Source: Nanobdellati archaeon
GTDB taxonomy: Archaea; EX4484-52; GLR71
Reading direction: 5' to 3'
Assembly: GCA_019429125.1 (NCBI GenBank)
Contig: JAHYJO010000009.1
Coordinates: forward strand, 1 to 52,946
DNA: 52,946 nucleotides
Shown here: positions 20,643 through 30,116 of the stretch, piece by piece
How the letters are laid out: every line of letters begins with the position of its first letter
How positions within the stretch are numbered: position 1 is the stretch's first letter
Notes under the pieces: generated by a model
Databases searched by the model: none
The model's input: the letters and a program-made list of their open reading frames with translations, nothing else
Told to the model about the DNA's origin: nothing
Translations under genes and position numbers: made by a program

Positions 20643-21798
20643 TTTCTCGCCTTCTCTAAAACTTTATCAAAGTTTTTAGATTTTATAGATAGATAATTTA
20701 GGGCATCAGTATAAGTTATATATTTTTTATCATAGTTGTTTGCAACAATAGAAATGAATTTATTCCCTAATTTTGAAAGACATTGTATGTCCGATGGGAT
20801 ACCCCCACCTTGTTTCTTTTCTTTTTTATCTGAAGGTAGTATATCTTTAGGTATATATCTGTTAATTATATCATTATATTCTTTTTTTGTTATAAATCCT
20901 AATTTGAGCATATTGTATAATAGCATCAATTTACTGACTTTGTATTTTCGTGATAAAGTATTAAGTGTCTCAGTATTGGTCAATGTTGTTTTATTTGATT
21001 CATATAGGGGTATTGCAATAATTTTTAGTAAAAAGAACATTGACGAAAAGTTATTACACCAAGTTTCTGTTCTGTTCCTTATTGATGAAGATAAATCTGG
21101 AAGGTCAATTACGGATTCACCCAACAATATATGCGCAAATTCGTGCATCAAAGAGAATAATCGTGCCTCTATGCTGTCTTTTGTATTTAGAACAATAACT
21201 GCTGGGGTTTCATCAACTAACGCAAACCCTCTTGCATCTTTAACTGGCATTGAGAACTGAAAAACTAAAATATTCATATCGTCAAGTATATCTCTCAGAT
21301 AGTTGAAAAAGTCATATGGTGTTTTGAATCCTGTTTGTCTATTTTCTGCGATGTCAAAAACAATTCTATACATTGCTGCAATCTGTGTTCAGGATTATGT
21401 GCTAGTGTTGCTTTTTTAATTATTGTCTCTGTATTATAATCAATATTGTATGAAAGTTCTTTGCCAATTTCTTGTAGGTTTCTTGCCATCCTTAAGACCT
21501 AAATTGTTTTTTTATCAAACACATCTACTTTATCTGGGAGCATCCTATAATCTTTAGGTTTCGGTTTTTCCTCTTTCGGCGCAGATAATAAAAATGTAGC
21601 AATCGGTCTTTTGTATGCGAGTGACAGTTCTGTTAATTGTCTAAAGGTTGGTTTCTTTTTTCCCGTTTCAAACAGTTCTATAGTTTTTGCGCTAGTGTTT
21701 AATATTTTGCTGACATCTTCAACAGTCCATCCAAAACTTTCTCTAAGCCATTTAAATACTGTTGTATTAATATCAACTTTTATTGATTGTTTTGGCAT
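20639..21798 (-). pseudogene. XRE HTH + ImmA/IrrE metallopeptidase, disrupted
   Basis: N-terminal Cro/XRE HTH (LFETGKKKPTFRQL), RGFAL, FSLMHEFAH. In-frame TAG at 21499-21501 and a frameshift near 21390. Confidence 0.85.
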
Positions 21799-21994
21799 AT
21801 TGCGCCACTATTAAGTTTTGTTATTGATTGTGTTTTTATGAAAAAGTTCAGTAATTTGTACCATATACACCACAATCAATAAGACATTAAATTATATTTG
21901 ATTAGGATGTTTATATTTGTTTGAGAATTAAACCTTATTTTTTAATAAATATTTTAGACTTCATAGATGTTTTCATCATCAATAACAAAAAATA

Positions 21995-22110
21995 TACGGC
22001 AACCGGGATTTTCACAAGACGACTCCTTCTTTGCGTCAAAGAAGCCCTCTTGAATTGAACCCGGACTACAAGCTTGGGAAGCTTGGGTCATACCACTAGA
22101 CTATTGCCGT
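21995..22110 (-). tRNA. tRNA-Gly(CCC) with 45-nt intron at 59/60 (22009-22053)
   Basis: Acceptor ACGGCAA/TTGCCGT, anticodon arm CAAGC-TTCCCAA-GCTTG, T arm CCGGG-TTCAAT[intron]T-CCCGG; strict BHB. Confidence 0.9.
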
Positions 22111-22171
22111 ATTAAGTAATAAGTAATTTCAAGCGAAAAGATATAAAACTATTTCTTTACAAATTAAAACC

Positions 22172-22663
22172 ATGGATACAACAGACATCATCCTAGTAGA
22201 CAATAATGACACCATAATAGGCCATAAACCAAGATGTGATATCACTCCTACAGACATCTACAGAGTATCAGCACTCTGGATAAAAAACTCAAAAGGCGAC
22301 ATCCTTCTGGCCAGACGCGCTTACACAAAATCAAACAGCCCTGGAAAATGGGGTCCAGCCGTTGCCGGAACAAATGATAAGGGCGAGACCTACAAGTCAA
22401 ACATAATCAAAGAGGCCGAAGAAGAGATAGGTCTTAAAGATCACGATTTCAAAGAACTCCATAAAGTAAAATTAAAAGGCAGATATACTTTCTTTTGCCA
22501 GTGGTACTTTGCAATAGTAGACAAAGACTTAAGCCATTTCAAAATCCAAGAATCAGAAGTTGCAGAGATAAGATGGTTCCAAAAAGAAGAATTAATCGCA
22601 GAATTAGAAACTAACCCCGACGGCATGCTTGATTCTATAAAAGATTTCATTCATTTTGAGTAA
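22172..22663 (+). CDS. NUDIX hydrolase (IPP isomerase type 1-like)
   Basis: LLARRAYTK...PGKW...AG...GETYKSNIIKEAEEEIGL Nudix box; QESEV. Confidence 0.85.
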   Translation: MDTTDIILVDNNDTIIGHKPRCDITPTDIYRVSALWIKNSKGDILLARRAYTKSNSPGKWGPAVAGTNDKGETYKSNIIKEAEEEIGLKDHDFKELHKVKLKGRYTFFCQWYFAIVDKDLSHFKIQESEVAEIRWFQKEELIAELETNPDGMLDSIKDFIHFE

Positions 22664-22715
22664 ATCCTAACAAAACATATAAAAATGAACATTCTAATAA
22701 TATGTTATATTGCTT

Positions 22716-24242
22716 ATGTCTTCTGAAAAAATAAAAATTGAGGTAATGGACACAACATTAAGAGATGGCGAGCAGACACCCGGCGTCAGCTTCAACGCAA
22801 AAGAAAAGCTTGCAATAGCAAAGATGCTCTTAGACGACCTCAAAGTTGATAGAATCGAAGTAGCTTCAGCCAGAGTCTCAGATACCGAAAAAGAATCAAT
22901 AAAATGTCTCTGCTCATGGGCAAAAAAGAATAATCATCTAAAGCAGATAGAAGTCCTAGGATTTGTTGACAAAGGCCTATCGGTAGATTGGATAAATGAC
23001 ACTGGGGCAAGAACAATAAACATCCTCGCAAAAGGTTCAATGAACCACCTGACCTTGCAACTTAAAAAGACCCCAGATGAGCACATAAAAGATATAATTA
23101 AAACCATAGACTATGCCACCGAAAAAGGAATGACCTCAAACATATATCTTGAAGATTGGTCAAATGGTATGAGAAATGACAAAGATTACATATATCTATT
23201 ATTAGATAACTTAACCAAACAAAAGAACCTAAAAAGAATAATGCTCCCTGATACTTTAGGTATCCTTTTACCATCTGTTGTAAAAGAATTCATAGAAGAC
23301 CTAACCCAAAGATACCCCTATACACATTTTGATTTCCATGCTCACAACGACTATGGTGTGGCAACCGCAAACTCAATAGCAGCAGCAAAAGCCGGCGCAA
23401 AAGGTATCCACGTGACTGTAAATTCATTGGGTGAGCGCGCAGGCAACACATCAATATGTGACTTTGTGATTGTCTTAAGAGATCTTATAGATAACCTTGA
23501 CACAGGTATTGATGAGACCTACCTTAAACCAGTAAGCGATATAATATCGAACTTTTCAGGAAAGAAAGTCCCATCAAACAAGCCAATAGTGGGTGACGAC
23601 GTATTCACCCAGACTGCAGGCATCCATGCAGATGGTGATAAGAAAGGCAACCTCTACACAAACAAGATTGACCCGAAACGGTTCGGCAGAGAACGTGAAT
23701 ATGCGCTCGGTAAATTGAGTGGTATGTCAAGCCTTGACATGAACCTGAAACAGTTAGGTATTACTCTCTCAGACAGCGACAAAAAATTAGTATTCAAAAA
23801 AGTAATTGAATTAGGAGATAAAAAACGGCGGATAACGACCTCTGATCTTCCCTTCATAATAGCAGCTGTCCTTGAGACTGAAAATTCCCAAAAGATAAAG
23901 ATAACAGAACTTGACATATCAATATCTTTCAACAAAAAACAGGAAGCATCATTTACTATCACTTACAATGACAAAACCCTAAAAACTTCAGCAGTTGGAA
24001 ACGGCGGTTATGACGCTTTCATGAACGCCTTAAAAAAAGTTGCAAAAGAACTAAATCTAAAATTACCAATTCTGGTAGATTATGAAGTCACCATCCCTCC
24101 TGGCGGAAAACCAGACTCCCTTGTTGAAACAATAATTTTTTGGGAACAAGATAACAAGACCTTCAAGACAATCGGTGTAAACTCAGACCAAATTCTAGCC
24201 GCAATTGAGGCAACAGAAAAGATGCTAAATCTAATTATTTGA
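22716..24242 (+). CDS. Citramalate / 2-isopropylmalate synthase (bacterial CimA-like)
   Basis: DTTLRDGEQ, LEDWSNG, HAHND, LGERAGN, AGIHADG, C-terminal LeuA regulatory domain. Confidence 0.9.
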   Translation: MSSEKIKIEVMDTTLRDGEQTPGVSFNAKEKLAIAKMLLDDLKVDRIEVASARVSDTEKESIKCLCSWAKKNNHLKQIEVLGFVDKGLSVDWINDTGARTINILAKGSMNHLTLQLKKTPDEHIKDIIKTIDYATEKGMTSNIYLEDWSNGMRNDKDYIYLLLDNLTKQKNLKRIMLPDTLGILLPSVVKEFIEDLTQRYPYTHFDFHAHNDYGVATANSIAAAKAGAKGIHVTVNSLGERAGNTSICDFVIVLRDLIDNLDTGIDETYLKPVSDIISNFSGKKVPSNKPIVGDDVFTQTAGIHADGDKKGNLYTNKIDPKRFGREREYALGKLSGMSSLDMNLKQLGITLSDSDKKLVFKKVIELGDKKRRITTSDLPFIIAAVLETENSQKIKITELDISISFNKKQEASFTITYNDKTLKTSAVGNGGYDAFMNALKKVAKELNLKLPILVDYEVTIPPGGKPDSLVETIIFWEQDNKTFKTIGVNSDQILAAIEATEKMLNLII

Positions 24243-24277
24243 AAACCTTTTAAAGTTAAATATACTTATAGTGTCTT

Positions 24278-24970
24278 ATGTCATCACAACTAACAAGTGA
24301 ACAAGATTCAAATCTATCTAAATTTTTAGATATGCCTGTCTATGAATCTATAGGTAATCCGACAAAGTCTCTGCTCTCCTTAATCAATAAATATAACACC
24401 TCTAAAATAGACGAAGGTCATCAAGATTATGGACTCCCTGCGTTATCAAATATCTGGTATCTTGACGATGATGACCTCTATACATACTCAAAGGTTTTGA
24501 GTCTAGAGATAGTTGGTAAGCGTATAGGTTCTATAAACATAAAACCCAATATTAAACAATTTTCAATACACGATTGGTATACTGAAGAAATCTGGGGTTA
24601 TACAATAAATCCTAGTCTATTCAGAGACACACCAAGTGAATTAACATATAAATTTTTAGAAGAATTACAAGGCATATTTTCAGATGTTGGTACTGCCAAA
24701 GATCCCGCATGGGATATTAATCAAAGACCTATATATTTTAAAAACGTGAAAAATGTCAAATATACAAGTATCGCTCTAGGATTACCTATACTATTTGACC
24801 CACAACTAATAGATTTTATAGTACCAGTAGTTTTTTTTATAGTTGGGAAAACAATTTTAGATTATAGAAAGTACCATAATTCTCAGTTAGAATTTAATAT
24901 ATCTTCATTTAAAAACAATGTAATTATTGATACATTTTATGATATCTATAAAACTCCGTTAAATCTATAA
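24278..24970 (+). CDS. Hypothetical protein with C-terminal hydrophobic segments
   Basis: 230-aa ORF after a TATA-like box; no family recognised. Confidence 0.65.
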   Translation: MSSQLTSEQDSNLSKFLDMPVYESIGNPTKSLLSLINKYNTSKIDEGHQDYGLPALSNIWYLDDDDLYTYSKVLSLEIVGKRIGSINIKPNIKQFSIHDWYTEEIWGYTINPSLFRDTPSELTYKFLEELQGIFSDVGTAKDPAWDINQRPIYFKNVKNVKYTSIALGLPILFDPQLIDFIVPVVFFIVGKTILDYRKYHNSQLEFNISSFKNNVIIDTFYDIYKTPLNL

Positions 24971-25000
24971 TGTCATAAATAAAAAATAGTCAACCAAAAA

Positions 25001-25975
25001 TCAATAACCAATCTCAACTTCATCTGTTCTCCATTTAGGATCAGGTTCAGTCTCATTAATCTCTTGCCTTCGCCCCGCCTTGTATTCAATAAGTCCCAGC
25101 CAAGCAATCATTGCGCCATTATCTCCTGCAACGTTTGCTGGCACGACATTGAATTTTGCACCCCTTTCAGAACACATAGTGCCTAACACCCCCTGAAAAA
25201 TCTTAGATGCCGCAACCCCACCAGTAAGCAAAACCTCATTTTTACCAGTGTGTGATAGCGCCCTCTCAGTAACCTCAACAAGCATAGAATAAGCATTATG
25301 TTGGAGTGAATAGCATACGTCCTCAATCTTCTCTTTCTTAATCAAAAAACTATCAGCTGCGAAAGTCAGAAGCCCCGAAAATGACATATCCATACCTTTA
25401 ATTGAATAGGGCATATCAATATATTTACCTTTTTTAGCAATCTTTTCAATTATTGGTCCCCCCGGGTTTCCAAGTCCAACCTTTCGCGCGAACTTGTCGA
25501 TCATATTGCCTATACCAATATCAAGCGTCTCACCGAACACACGATATTTCCCACCTGTGAAACCGATAATCTGTGTATTGCCCCCTGACGCATAGACAAT
25601 GATTGGGTCTTTTACAGCCGTCTTCAGTTTGCCTATCTCTATGTGTGCAATGCAATGATTCACTCCGAGTATTGGTTTTTTCAACCCCAAAGCAAGAGTC
25701 CTTGCAACAACAGCGCCAACCTTAAGTGATGGGCTAAGCCCTGGACCCTGTGAAAATGAAATCAAATCAATATCATGTACAGAAATTTTAGCAGTTAAAA
25801 GTGCTGCAGCAACTAATTCAACAGCATGGTTAGTGTGATGCACCGCCGCCTCGCGCGGATGTATACCTTCGTCAGGAAAGAAGCTTTTCTTCTCATTGGC
25901 AAGTATATTACCATTAGAATCAACGATACCTATGCCTAACGTGTGCGCAGTTGATTCAATGCCAAGACATATCAT
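25001..25975 (-). CDS. kae1: KEOPS tRNA t6A protein Kae1
   Basis: LGIESTAHT, GIHPREAA, NHCIAHIEIG, SGGNTQ, GDNGAMIA, WRTDEV. Confidence 0.96.
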   Translation of the reverse strand: MICLGIESTAHTLGIGIVDSNGNILANEKKSFFPDEGIHPREAAVHHTNHAVELVAAALLTAKISVHDIDLISFSQGPGLSPSLKVGAVVARTLALGLKKPILGVNHCIAHIEIGKLKTAVKDPIIVYASGGNTQIIGFTGGKYRVFGETLDIGIGNMIDKFARKVGLGNPGGPIIEKIAKKGKYIDMPYSIKGMDMSFSGLLTFAADSFLIKKEKIEDVCYSLQHNAYSMLVEVTERALSHTGKNEVLLTGGVAASKIFQGVLGTMCSERGAKFNVVPANVAGDNGAMIAWLGLIEYKAGRRQEINETEPDPKWRTDEVEIGY

Positions 25976-26173
25976 ATCCCTTACTTATGATATATTTTTT
26001 ATAAGGTTTTGTCTTAAGTACTGGTATCTATTAATTGTACTGTATATTACATCCTATACAATATTTGAACTAAACAGACAACAGAAATATACACTTTTTT
26101 CTTTCCTCTCAAAGACATACCTTTTTAAACATATTTTTTCTATTATACTCATACAGCACAAAGGGTAGTTACT

Positions 26174-27319
26174 ATGGAATCAAATGATATTACAGTCGAA
26201 TCGCCGACATACGTACATGAAGTAGAAGAGACCGATTACCGGGAAGAGAACATACTTCTTAAGATAAAGTTAGCAGAGATGCGAAACGAACTGATGCGAT
26301 ATAAGATTCCACCTCTTCTTGTTGCTGAAGTTATAGATACATATCCTCAAAACCGATGTATGGTCCGTCTAAAGAACGGTAACGAGTTCTACGTCAACGT
26401 AGATGCATCCCTTGACAAGAAACTGAAATCTGCAGATGAGGTCTTGGTTGAGCAGAAATCATTAACAGTCATCCAAAAGTTAGGCAAAAAAAAACACTTT
26501 GATGTAAGCAAATATGTAATTGTCGAAAAGCCTAATATAAAGTGGTCACAGATAGGCGGTCTTAAAAAGGAGATTGAAGAGTTAAAAGAAGTGATTGAGC
26601 TTCCTCTCCAAAAACCGGAACTGTTCAAGAAAATTGGTATAGAGCCTCCCAAAGGTATTCTACTTTACGGTCATCCCGGAACAGGCAAGACGCTTCTTGC
26701 AAAGGCAGCAGCTACAAGCACAAATGCGACATTTATTGAGATAGTAGGTTCCGAACTAGTGCAGAAATTCATAGGTCAAGGTGCAAAGCTTGTAAAATCA
26801 ATTTTCGAGATGGCACGAGAGAAAGCGCCTGCAATAATCTTCATAGATGAGATAGATTCAATCGCAGCTACAAGGATGGATGTCGGCACTTCAGGTGAAA
26901 GGGAAGTCCAGAGAACATTCATGCAACTTCTGGCTGAGATTGACGGTTTTGAACCGTTAGGTAATGTAAAGCTGATTGCTGCAACAAACCGTATCGACAT
27001 CCTTGACACTGCAATAACCAGACCAGGAAGATTTGACCGTCTAGTATTCATACCTACACCGGACCATAAAGGCATTGTTGATATCTTAAAGATTCACACA
27101 AAAAATATGAAACTTGCAGAAGATGTCAATCTGGATAAGATTTCAAAAAAGATGAAAGGCATGTCTGGCGCAGAGATAAGGGCAGTATGTATTGAAACAG
27201 GTTATTTTGCGATAAGGGAAGATAGGTTCATTGTGACTGATAAAGATTTCAATAAAGCTGTCGCAAAGATTGCAGTTGAAGAGATTGAGAGGAAAAAAGA
27301 CCTGTCTTATATGGGCTAA
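26174..27319 (+). CDS. pan: Proteasome-activating nucleotidase
   Basis: Coiled coil + OB (PPL), GHPGTGKT, ELVQKFIG, REVQRTFMQLL, RPGRFDR, C-terminal YMG. Confidence 0.95.
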   Translation: MESNDITVESPTYVHEVEETDYREENILLKIKLAEMRNELMRYKIPPLLVAEVIDTYPQNRCMVRLKNGNEFYVNVDASLDKKLKSADEVLVEQKSLTVIQKLGKKKHFDVSKYVIVEKPNIKWSQIGGLKKEIEELKEVIELPLQKPELFKKIGIEPPKGILLYGHPGTGKTLLAKAAATSTNATFIEIVGSELVQKFIGQGAKLVKSIFEMAREKAPAIIFIDEIDSIAATRMDVGTSGEREVQRTFMQLLAEIDGFEPLGNVKLIAATNRIDILDTAITRPGRFDRLVFIPTPDHKGIVDILKIHTKNMKLAEDVNLDKISKKMKGMSGAEIRAVCIETGYFAIREDRFIVTDKDFNKAVAKIAVEEIERKKDLSYMG

Positions 27320-27737
27320 AACTCTTATTTTTTATTTTTTGATTCGGCATGTCTGATAAGGCTTATACACCTTATTTTTTATTTTTTTAAGATAAATATT
27401 TGTATCTTTCTCATTATCGTTCTCATATCTATATACATAAATAAACAAAACATCATAATTATTTCAGTCATATTCATATCATTATTTATTATACATACTC
27501 TATCTTCAGGATTTTCAATTTCAGATATCTTCAACTTTTTAGGATACCAGACCGAAAGCACAGACACAGAAGACATTAGTCTAAGGATTGAAAAATTACG
27601 GCAGAAGTTAATAGATGATAATTGATAACGTTTTCATTTCTTTTTAAATATACATCACACAATTGTTAATTGTTTATAAAATTAACATCACTTATATTCA
27701 AAAAGAAAAAACAGTAAAATGATTATAGGTAAATACT

Positions 27738-28676
27738 ATGAAATGCTCAAAGTGCGAGAAAAAAGCAGTATATTACAGAAAATTTGAAGGTCAGTGGCTT
27801 TGTAAGAATCATTTCTCAACAAGCATAGAAAAAAGAGCAAGAAAGACAATTCGTACCTGCGAACTAATCGAACACAACGACCGTATAGCAGTCGGCATTT
27901 CAGGGGGTAAAGATTCACTGACAATGTTATACTTCCTAAACAAGATAACCTCAAGAAGAAAAGATGTATCCATTTTCGCAATACTCATTGATGAGGGCAT
28001 AAAAGGCTACCGTGAACACGGCAGAAAGACAGCGATTGACTACTGCGAAAAGCTAGGGGTAACCCTTGCAATCGCATCTTTTGAAGATGAATACGGAATG
28101 CCTCTTGACAAAATCATAAAAATTGGCAAAAAAAACGACAAAGCAGTAAAAGCATGCACTTACTGCGGAGTCTTTAGACGAAAGCTGTTAAACGACACAT
28201 CAAGAGAACTGGGTGCAACCAAACTTGCAATAGGCCACAACTTAGATGATGAGGCGCAAGCCATAATGGCAAATAATATTAGAGGCGACCTGTTAAGAAG
28301 CGCAAGACTCGGTGCAAAAGCCCTGGTCATTGAAGACGAAAGACTGATACCGCGGATAAAGCCTTTAAGGGACATTCCTGAAAAAGAAGTCGCGCTCTTC
28401 ACAATGATAAATGGCATCCCTGCAGATTTCGCAGAGTGCCCTTATGCCGAGGAGAGTTTCAGGTGGTCAGTGCGCGACATGATAAACACGATGGAAAAGA
28501 AGTATCCAGGCACAAAATATTCAATTGTCAGAACCTTTGACAACCTGCTTCCGACAATAAAAGAAAAGTATACGGGTGGAAAGATTGGCGCATGCAAAAA
28601 ATGCAAAGAACCCACAAGCAACGACCTGTGCAAAAATTGTATTTTGCGCGAGAAACTAGGCATCAATAGGACTTGA
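27738..28676 (+). CDS. TIGR00269 / Ncs6-TtuA-like tRNA thiolation protein
   Basis: N-terminal Zn finger, SGGKDS, CTYCGVFRR, GHNLDD, CPY, C-terminal Zn finger. Confidence 0.93.
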   Translation: MKCSKCEKKAVYYRKFEGQWLCKNHFSTSIEKRARKTIRTCELIEHNDRIAVGISGGKDSLTMLYFLNKITSRRKDVSIFAILIDEGIKGYREHGRKTAIDYCEKLGVTLAIASFEDEYGMPLDKIIKIGKKNDKAVKACTYCGVFRRKLLNDTSRELGATKLAIGHNLDDEAQAIMANNIRGDLLRSARLGAKALVIEDERLIPRIKPLRDIPEKEVALFTMINGIPADFAECPYAEESFRWSVRDMINTMEKKYPGTKYSIVRTFDNLLPTIKEKYTGGKIGACKKCKEPTSNDLCKNCILREKLGINRT

Positions 28677-29027
28677 GATCTCTCGAACATTCATATAAAT
28701 CTTGTTCAACTCAGAAAGACTGACAAATTTACCAAGTTCGTGATTATCAATTGATTTGGTATATCTTTGATTGACAGTTCCAATGAGTATAAATGAATAT
28801 TTTTCATCATCATCACGTTCAATAGGACTTAAAATCTCTTCAACACACACATTAAATCTATCAAGACCGACAGGATTCGTTTTAGTGCGTTCATATACAT
28901 ATACAAGATGTACAGGTTCATCTGTATACCTAAGTTGGTCAAATATAATATTACCTTTCGAAATCCTAATACTTGATTCCATTTTGGCCTCACTTTTTAG
29001 CCATCTCGTATTTTTGTGCACATTCAT
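28656..29027 (-). CDS. Hypothetical protein
   Basis: 123-aa ORF in the gap between known genes. Confidence 0.5.
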   Translation of the reverse strand: MNVHKNTRWLKSEAKMESSIRISKGNIIFDQLRYTDEPVHLVYVYERTKTNPVGLDRFNVCVEEILSPIERDDDEKYSFILIGTVNQRYTKSIDNHELGKFVSLSELNKIYMNVREISSPIDA

Positions 29028-29072
29028 GTTATGTTGTTTTTCAACAAGTATTTTATATTCTGAAAAACTAGT

Positions 29073-29267
29073 TTAAAATTCATCATAAAATTCATAAAAT
29101 TTTTCAATATCAAGCTCAATCTTATCTACACCATAAAATGGTTTGATATTTAGGCCATGTTTTATGACTGATGCATATATACGAGCACCTTCTTCCTCAA
29201 AATCTTTGAACCCGAACGGTATGATACTATTAATCCTATTCTTATCCGTTATAAAATATTCACTCAT
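29073..29267 (-). CDS. Hypothetical protein
   Basis: 64-aa ORF with ATG start. Confidence 0.4.
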   Translation of the reverse strand: MSEYFITDKNRINSIIPFGFKDFEEEGARIYASVIKHGLNIKPFYGVDKIELDIEKFYEFYDEF

Positions 29268-29381
29268 TATGATCTCTATTTATCTATAATAAACTTTAAC
29301 ATCTATTTTCAGACTTCATATCTACACATATTTAACTTTTTAAATGCGACTATTGTAATCAATATTTATATATCTGCGCAC

Positions 29382-29394
29382 ATAACACTGTTAT
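29382..29394. promoter_or_regulatory. Candidate operator ATAAC-ACT-GTTAT
   Basis: Perfect inverted repeat between a TTTATATA box (about 29365) and the regulator start codon. Confidence 0.45.
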
Positions 29395-29403
29395 AGTGAT
29401 CTT

Positions 29404-29787
29404 ATGAAACCTTTCTGTGAAGTTATGGTAAAAAACATATTCCCTGCCATAAGAGCACTTATTGCAAAAGAACTCATGGACAATCTGCACCATACCCAGA
29501 ATGAGACAGCAACCCTCATGTGCATAACGCAACCCGCAATATCTCAGTACAGCCGTGAATTGAGAGGGAAAAAAGTAGTCATATTAAACAGCAATGCGCA
29601 AGTCGCATCCATAATAAAAGAGTCCGCAAAGACCTTAGCAAAACAGAAAGAGCAAAAGAACACAGGAATCATGTGTAACATTTGTCGCGAGATAAGAAAA
29701 GAAGGGCTTCTCTGCAAGCTACATAAGGAAATTGCGCCATCACTCAAGACCTGTGACCTCTGCATGAGTACAGGGTGTCTTTGCTGA
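29404..29787 (+). CDS. HTH transcriptional regulator (ThiR N-terminal / COG2522-like), Cys-rich
   Basis: PFCEV...PAIRALIAKEL...TQPAISQY...RG; C-terminal CxxC...CxxH...CxxC. Confidence 0.85.
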   Translation: MKPFCEVMVKNIFPAIRALIAKELMDNLHHTQNETATLMCITQPAISQYSRELRGKKVVILNSNAQVASIIKESAKTLAKQKEQKNTGIMCNICREIRKEGLLCKLHKEIAPSLKTCDLCMSTGCLC

Positions 29788-29812
29788 TATTTACAAGTAG
29801 AGGTTTTGTATA

Positions 29813-30022
29813 ATGTTTAAAAAAACATCAACTTCAAAAATATCAAAAAAGAAAAAAAGTCCACAGATAAAGACTGAAAGCGGAAAACGCCTTTATCATT
29901 TGATATTAGAAGATCGTTTAAAAACCGAAAAAATAAGAAAGACACAGATAAAAATAATAGTAAGTTTTTTAGCAATTATCCTGATTATATACCTAATAAA
30001 ACACTTTTTCTTAAGAATATAA
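29813..30022 (+). CDS. Small basic single-TM protein
   Basis: Lys-rich N-terminus, C-terminal TM; GAGGT RBS. Confidence 0.5.
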   Translation: MFKKTSTSKISKKKKSPQIKTESGKRLYHLILEDRLKTEKIRKTQIKIIVSFLAIILIIYLIKHFFLRI

Positions 30023-30116
30023 CCTGCAAGAGTACATCTGCACTATATAATAACAAAAAACTAACATATATAAAGTTTTATTAATATACATAATTATATA
30101 GATTAATGGTGATTAT

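Noticed and set aside
20100-21995. Integrated element with att repeat at tRNA-Gly
   Set aside because: No duplicated tRNA 3' end or integrase found; only the adjacency is supported.
27349-27625. Small membrane protein between pan and TIGR00269
   Set aside because: The hydrophobic + frame lacks an in-frame start; could be a remnant but cannot be supported.
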